From an uncultured Nitrososphaerota archaeon (GTDB lineage: Archaea; Thermoproteota; EX4484-205; JAAOZP01): a stretch of DNA of 64,000 nucleotides. The notes under the pieces were generated by a model, which saw only the letters and a program-made list of their open reading frames with translations, searched no databases and was not told where the DNA came from. Below are positions 59,460 through 64,000 of the stretch, piece after piece (position 1 is the first letter of the stretch; each line of letters opens with the position of its first letter). Location of the stretch: assembly GCA_964416155.1 (NCBI GenBank), contig CAYQCW010000003.1, positions 157,219-221,218 of the forward strand, read 5' to 3'. Position numbers and translations under genes: made by a program.

Positions 59460-59920
59460 TTCCACTGGAAATAAAGAAGCTAAAAATGCAGTGTTTTTAG
59501 ATAAATCAGGATGATTCACAGAGTTTCGTCTACAAATGTCAGAAAAAAGAGAAGATCTTTCTACTCCAGTAGAAATAGAGGGGGAAGAGTCATATACAGA
59601 AAAAGAGGGATAAAAAGAAGAGAAAGGGAAAAAAGGATAAGAAAGAAAAGGATGTTAGAAGGAAAAAGATAGGAGAAAAGAGATTTACAGAAAAGAAGAG
59701 TAAGATAAAGCCTACACCCCTTTATTTCTTTTGGAGAAAAGATAGGAGAAAAACTGTTACGTATTACGTTAAAAAGAAAGTTTATCTTTTACTAAAGGAA
59801 GACGAATGAAAACCTTTTATTTAATCATGTCCACTTTAAAAACAGTGTGGAAAATAATTTATTTAATTTTTTATTAGAAAAATTTTTAAAAAAAGATGTG
59901 GAAACGAAATATAGGGGTGT
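59460..59920. other. Probable replication origin (oriC) with ORB elements
   Basis: TTCCACTGGAAATAAAG (59460), CTCCAGTAGAAATAGAGGGGG (59564), inverted CTCCAAAAGAAATAAAGGGG (59717..59736, minus), degenerate GAAATATAGGGG (about 59906); gene-free gap directly upstream of cdc6. Confidence 0.85.
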
Positions 59921-60012
59921 GAGTGTTTGCTATCTTGTCATTTTTCTGTATTTTTTTCTCTAAACAATTCTCCAATTCATTTTTCTTTAGAAAAGAAGTC
60001 TCCACCTTTCCA

Positions 60013-61230
60013 ATGGAGGCGGTGAAAGGAAGCACTGAAATACTAAATAAGGTATTCAATAATGTGTTTTTGAAAAGTAACATTTTCCACAATAGAGACG
60101 CATTAAGACATGATTATGTTCCTGTCCATCTTCCCCATCGTGAAAATGAGATAAAGTATATTGGTGAAGTAGTGGCTCCTCTCCTTCTACATAAAAAAGC
60201 ATCCAACCTGTTCGTTTATGGCAAACCGGGAACAGGTAAAACAGCTGTTGTAAGATTTGTTTTTAATGCTCTTTCTAAGAAAGCTACTGAGTTTAGGGCA
60301 AACATAAGATGCGTAATGGTTAATTCAAGGATGGAGGGCTCTGAGTACAGGATCCTCGCATCAATATCCCGTCAAATAGGGCTTTCCGTGCCTTTCACAG
60401 GGTTAGCCACCGCGGAAGTTTTTAAAAGAATTGTTAATTATATAAAGGGCAACAATCTTTATCTTCTTATTGCTTTAGATGAGGTTGATGTGGTCGTTAA
60501 AAAAGAGGGGGAAAACTTGCTTTACGAGCTTTCAAGGATTAATGAAAACTTTTCATCCCACCGGGTTTCCTTCATCGGCATTTCTAACGAGATAACTTTC
60601 AAACAGATTCTTGACCCAAGAATATTAAGTGCTTTAAGCGAAGAGGAGCTTGTTTTCAAACCATACACTTCAGACGAGCTTTTCGATATTCTTGCTGAGA
60701 GGGCTAAAGAAGCATTTTTTGATACTGTTTGCGACCCGTTGGTAATCAAATATATTGCAGCGCTTTCTGCTTCTGAGCATGGGGATGCGAGAAGAGCACT
60801 CGATCTTCTTAGAGTAGCAGCCGAGACGGCGGAGAGGGACGGTAAATCAGTGATAACACCGGAGTGTGTACAGGAGGCACTTAGGAAGATCGAAAGGGAC
60901 CAGGTTAACGAGGTTATAAAAACGCTTCCTATTCAGAGTAAAATTCTTCTGGTTTCTATTTTGAGAAATCTTAAGGACCAGAGTGCTCAGCATACCAGTG
61001 GAGAAATTTACGCTGAATACAGGAACATTGTTGCAAATATAGGTTTAGAACCCTTAACTGACAGAAGGCTTTCTTCCCTGCTTAACGAGCTGGAGTCGGC
61101 AGGTATAATCTCTTCTAAACTTGTTAACATGGGCAGGTACGGGAGAACTAAAAAATACAGCCTTTCCGTGCCTCAAAACCATGTTTTTGAAGCCCTAGGG
61201 GGAGACTCTCTTCTAAACGGGCTTTTATGA
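60013..61230 (+). CDS. cdc6: Orc1/Cdc6 replication initiation protein
   Basis: LPHRENE, GKPGTGKT, LDEVD, HGDARRALDLLR, GRYGRTK; ATG 60013 preferred. Confidence 0.95.
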   Translation: MEAVKGSTEILNKVFNNVFLKSNIFHNRDALRHDYVPVHLPHRENEIKYIGEVVAPLLLHKKASNLFVYGKPGTGKTAVVRFVFNALSKKATEFRANIRCVMVNSRMEGSEYRILASISRQIGLSVPFTGLATAEVFKRIVNYIKGNNLYLLIALDEVDVVVKKEGENLLYELSRINENFSSHRVSFIGISNEITFKQILDPRILSALSEEELVFKPYTSDELFDILAERAKEAFFDTVCDPLVIKYIAALSASEHGDARRALDLLRVAAETAERDGKSVITPECVQEALRKIERDQVNEVIKTLPIQSKILLVSILRNLKDQSAQHTSGEIYAEYRNIVANIGLEPLTDRRLSSLLNELESAGIISSKLVNMGRYGRTKKYSLSVPQNHVFEALGGDSLLNGLL

Positions 61231-61522
61231 GTCGTTAGAAGCCTTCTCCTAAGTTTCAGGTTTAGGCAGCCGCAGTATCGATTAAACGATAATCGACAGT
61301 TATAGCACCATAAACACACTATTCGTATCGTGATGGATCTGTGATTTGAAAAGTACCAAAGCCCAATATAAGCATCTCAACACCATTGTTTAGAAATACC
61401 TTTTGCATGTTGCTCCCCCTTCGCAGTTAAATCTCTTCATCTCCTTTATTAAGCTTCGCCGCTTCGGTAGGAAGTGGCCTGACAGAAAATCATAAAAGAC
61501 AGAAGGAGAATGTTTCTGCCGG

Positions 61523-61625
61523 GCCGTGGTGGCGGAGTGGTAACGCGCCGGGCTCGAGACCCGGTTCCCCTCTACGGGGAGCGCAGGTTCAAAAGGCGTT
61601 GGGCCGGAGACTCCTGCCCACGGCG
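61523..61625 (+). tRNA. tRNA-Ser(CGA) with T-loop intron at 59/60 (61594..61611)
   Basis: GCCGTGG/CCACGGC acceptor, CCGGG-CTCGAGA-CCCGG arm, long variable arm; relaxed BHB TTCA-AAA-GGC/GCC-GGAG-ACT. Confidence 0.92.
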
Positions 61626-61817
61626 CTCAAGTTCTTGCTCGCCGGCCTGTGACCATGTTTTCTTGTGAAGAATTGCTGCCTATCAGAACGGTGATTGGGA
61701 ATTCTTTCTAAGATACTACTGGTGTGTGAAACCCCTAGCTAACACAGTGCCATTATAATTAATTAGTATTTTTACTCGGCTGACTGCGTAACCAATGAGA
61801 TTCATACATGCTAATAT

Positions 61818-62597
61818 CTAGAGCCCCTGCTCCTCTAACAGTCTGTTCACATGCCTATAGTAGTTTTTTCTTCTTAGTTTTGTCGCTGCAGCTTCATCGA
61901 CGATAATTACTGCGTTAGGGTGCATTTGCAGTATTGAAGCAGTTATTTGGGATGTTATTGGTCCCTCTACTGTGGCTGCGATAGCGTCTGCTTTCCCCTC
62001 CCCGTTGGCTAAAAGTATTATTTTTCTAGCCTCCATAATGGTTCCGCAACCCATCGTGATGGCAAGCCTTGGAACCTCCGTCTCGCTCCTGAAGAAACGC
62101 GCGTTATCCTTTATTGTTTCCTCTGCAAGCGCTACCAGCGTGGTTCTTCCCATCAGGGGGGAGCCGGGCTCGTTGAAGGCTATATGGCCATCTCTACCTA
62201 TTCCCAATAGCTGCAGGTCTATTCCTCCTGCTTTCCTGATCTCCTCTTCATATTTTTCGCAAAAAGCCTTAATGTCCTTTGCAAGACCGTCAGGTATGTG
62301 CACGTTTCTGGGGTTTATATTAATATGGTTGAAGAAGTTTTCAAACATGAAGTAATGGTAGCTTTGAGGATGAGTTGGGGCCAACCCGTAGTACTCGTCA
62401 AGGTTGAAGGTTACTATTTTCGAGAAGTCTAGGCCTTCCTCCCTATGCATTCTGATCAGTTCCTTGTAGGTGCCGAGTGGCGTGCTGCCCGTAGCTAGCC
62501 CTAGGACAGAATTCGGCTTCCTCCTTATCTGCTTAGCTATTATTTTAGCTGCTCTCATACTCATCTCCTCATAGTCTTTTGTAATTATTACCCTCAT
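61818..62597 (-). CDS. nagB: Glucosamine-6-phosphate deaminase (bacterial NagB type)
   Basis: LGLATGSTP, TFNLDEY, LGIGRDGHIAFNEP, ASILQMH. Confidence 0.95.
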   Translation of the reverse strand: MRVIITKDYEEMSMRAAKIIAKQIRRKPNSVLGLATGSTPLGTYKELIRMHREEGLDFSKIVTFNLDEYYGLAPTHPQSYHYFMFENFFNHININPRNVHIPDGLAKDIKAFCEKYEEEIRKAGGIDLQLLGIGRDGHIAFNEPGSPLMGRTTLVALAEETIKDNARFFRSETEVPRLAITMGCGTIMEARKIILLANGEGKADAIAATVEGPITSQITASILQMHPNAVIIVDEAAATKLRRKNYYRHVNRLLEEQGL

Positions 62598-62683
62598 TCC
62601 GTCCTCGGAGTTTAAAAGGACCTATATAAGGCTGACTCTATAGGCTCCTTGTTTCGCGATGTTTTTAAGGCGATGATTCGTAT

Positions 62684-63778
62684 ATGGTTCTCAGAGGGTG
62701 TTTGAGGATAGTTGCAACAGGAATCAGCGGCAGTGGTCGGGAGCCCCATCTTAGAAGATTTGTTGAATTCGCAAGAGCAAGGAATACTGAGGTTAAACTT
62801 TTCTCAGTTGGCGGCATGATGTTCGAAGCAGCTAGGAAGCTCGGCGACGAGATAAAGGAGGATAAGATACTTGATCTGTCGCCCTCCTCCTTAAACTTTC
62901 TACGAGCAACAGTTTTCGAGCAAATCATTAGGGAGGCGGAAAACTATGAGAATATCATCATAAGTACACATGCCTGCTTCAGGTGGAAGAAACATGTTTT
63001 CCAAGCGTTCGACTTCCATTATCTTAACGAGCTCTCTCCAGACGCTTTCATAACAATTTCCGACTCCGCATTACCCATTAAAATGAGGCTTGAATCCTCC
63101 ATGCAGTGGAAAGGCCGTCTCACTCTTAAGGAAATACTTGTCTGGAGGGATGAGGAAACTCTCTTAACCAAGAGTATTGCCGACTACCGTAGAAAGCCCT
63201 TCTACATTGTTCCGTTCTCCTCTCCGCCGGAAACCCTTTTCAACCTGATGTTTAAACAGCATTCGAAGAAAGCATACCTCAGCTATCCTATAACGCACAT
63301 AGAGGACCGGGAGGCTAAGCTCGCTGATAAAGACCGGTTTAAAAACAGGCTTAGAACACTTGGTTTAACCGTGTTCGACCCTGGTGAAATAGAAGACTCC
63401 CTCTTGCTCTACAAGCTTAAGGAGTTAAAGGATACTGGAGGGGAAAAGCTGTTAGTTGAGGAGAATGGCGTTAAACTAGAGATCCGCATGAGTGAAATCG
63501 AAGATGTTGCCGAAGACCTGCTCGACCAGATTGTTGCAAGAGACTACCAGCTCATAGACCAGAGTGATTTCCTCATCGTCTACTATTTCTCTCAAGTAAT
63601 GTCCCCCGGCGTACTCTCCGAAATGACGTATGGTTTCAGCAATAATAAGAAGGTGTTCGTAGTTTACAAGGGACCTGAAAGCCCGTTTTTCAACTACTAT
63701 TCGACAAGAATATTCGAATCGGAGGAAGCCCTGATAGACTTTATGAGCAGGGAAGCCATGATCAACGGGAAACCTTAA
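62684..63778 (+). CDS. P-loop (adenylate-kinase-like) domain fused to a nucleoside deoxyribosyltransferase-like domain
   Basis: TGISGSGR, ISTHACF, WRDEE; AYLSYPIT, RDYQLIDQSD, SPGVLSE. Confidence 0.7.
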   Translation: MVLRGCLRIVATGISGSGREPHLRRFVEFARARNTEVKLFSVGGMMFEAARKLGDEIKEDKILDLSPSSLNFLRATVFEQIIREAENYENIIISTHACFRWKKHVFQAFDFHYLNELSPDAFITISDSALPIKMRLESSMQWKGRLTLKEILVWRDEETLLTKSIADYRRKPFYIVPFSSPPETLFNLMFKQHSKKAYLSYPITHIEDREAKLADKDRFKNRLRTLGLTVFDPGEIEDSLLLYKLKELKDTGGEKLLVEENGVKLEIRMSEIEDVAEDLLDQIVARDYQLIDQSDFLIVYYFSQVMSPGVLSEMTYGFSNNKKVFVVYKGPESPFFNYYSTRIFESEEALIDFMSREAMINGKP

Positions 63779-63847
63779 ACAACAAAATTTATTAGGAGAC
63801 TGAAAACAAAATACGTTTGAGGCAGCCCCGTCAAAACCAAGATAACT

Positions 63848-63965
63848 GCGGAGGTCGCCAAAGCCAAGAAGCGGCAAAGCCTGGTCAAACAGGTCTGGGG
63901 CTAGAGGCGCGAGGCTCAGGACCTCGTCCCGAAGGGGTTCGTGGGTTCAAATCCCACCCTCCGCA
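63848..63965 (+). tRNA. tRNA-Leu(CAG) with introns at 14/15 (63862..63878) and 21/22 (63889..63904)
   Basis: CGAGG-CTCAGGA-CCTCG arm, long variable arm; BHB-like GGTC-AAA.../GGCT-AGA; spliced 85 nt. Confidence 0.92.
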
Positions 63966-64000
63966 TCATGTCTAAGTATCCTAGGTGTTTACATTTTTTA

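Noticed and set aside
59923-60012. Hydrophobic N-terminal extension on Cdc6
   Set aside because: Arises from T-rich origin-flanking DNA; the ATG at 60013 gives a normal-length protein
1-64000. CRISPR array, rRNA, transposase, integrase or inteins
   Set aside because: No regularly spaced repeats or corresponding motifs seen; DP2, Cdc6 and LeuS are of normal length

Overview
Archaeal chromosomal DNA of the TACK group that retains PolD. Markers are DP2, Elf1, Rpo4, L21e, aIF5A, Pus10, GGGP synthase and Orc1/Cdc6. The sugar-metabolism content would fit Brockarchaeota/Bathyarchaeia, but that placement is inference only. Housekeeping blocks (hisS-endA, leuS, alaS, mat-gatB-srp54-pus10-rpl21e-rpo4, elf1-GGGPS-polC) alternate with decaying accessory patches. 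The window holds a probable replication origin with ORB boxes next to cdc6 and orphan winged-helix genes. It has seven tRNA genes, six of which carry nine BHB-type introns; eight of these are at non-canonical positions, one is shared identically by two Leu tRNAs, and the spliced tRNA-Arg(TCT) is predicted to have C33. The most interesting accessory content (about 25-36 kb) looks like an inter-microbial antagonism region. It comprises a halocin-C8-like precursor with an 18-Cys C-terminal peptide plus a coupled 4-TM putative immunity gene and an unannotated frameshifted paralog of that gene, a second small secreted-peptide/ABC cassette, and an orphan PD-(D/E)xK nuclease tip. A short palindromic AGCRCGYGCT motif recurs at the borders of accessory segments. 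All calls are from motif recognition by eye; no searches were run.
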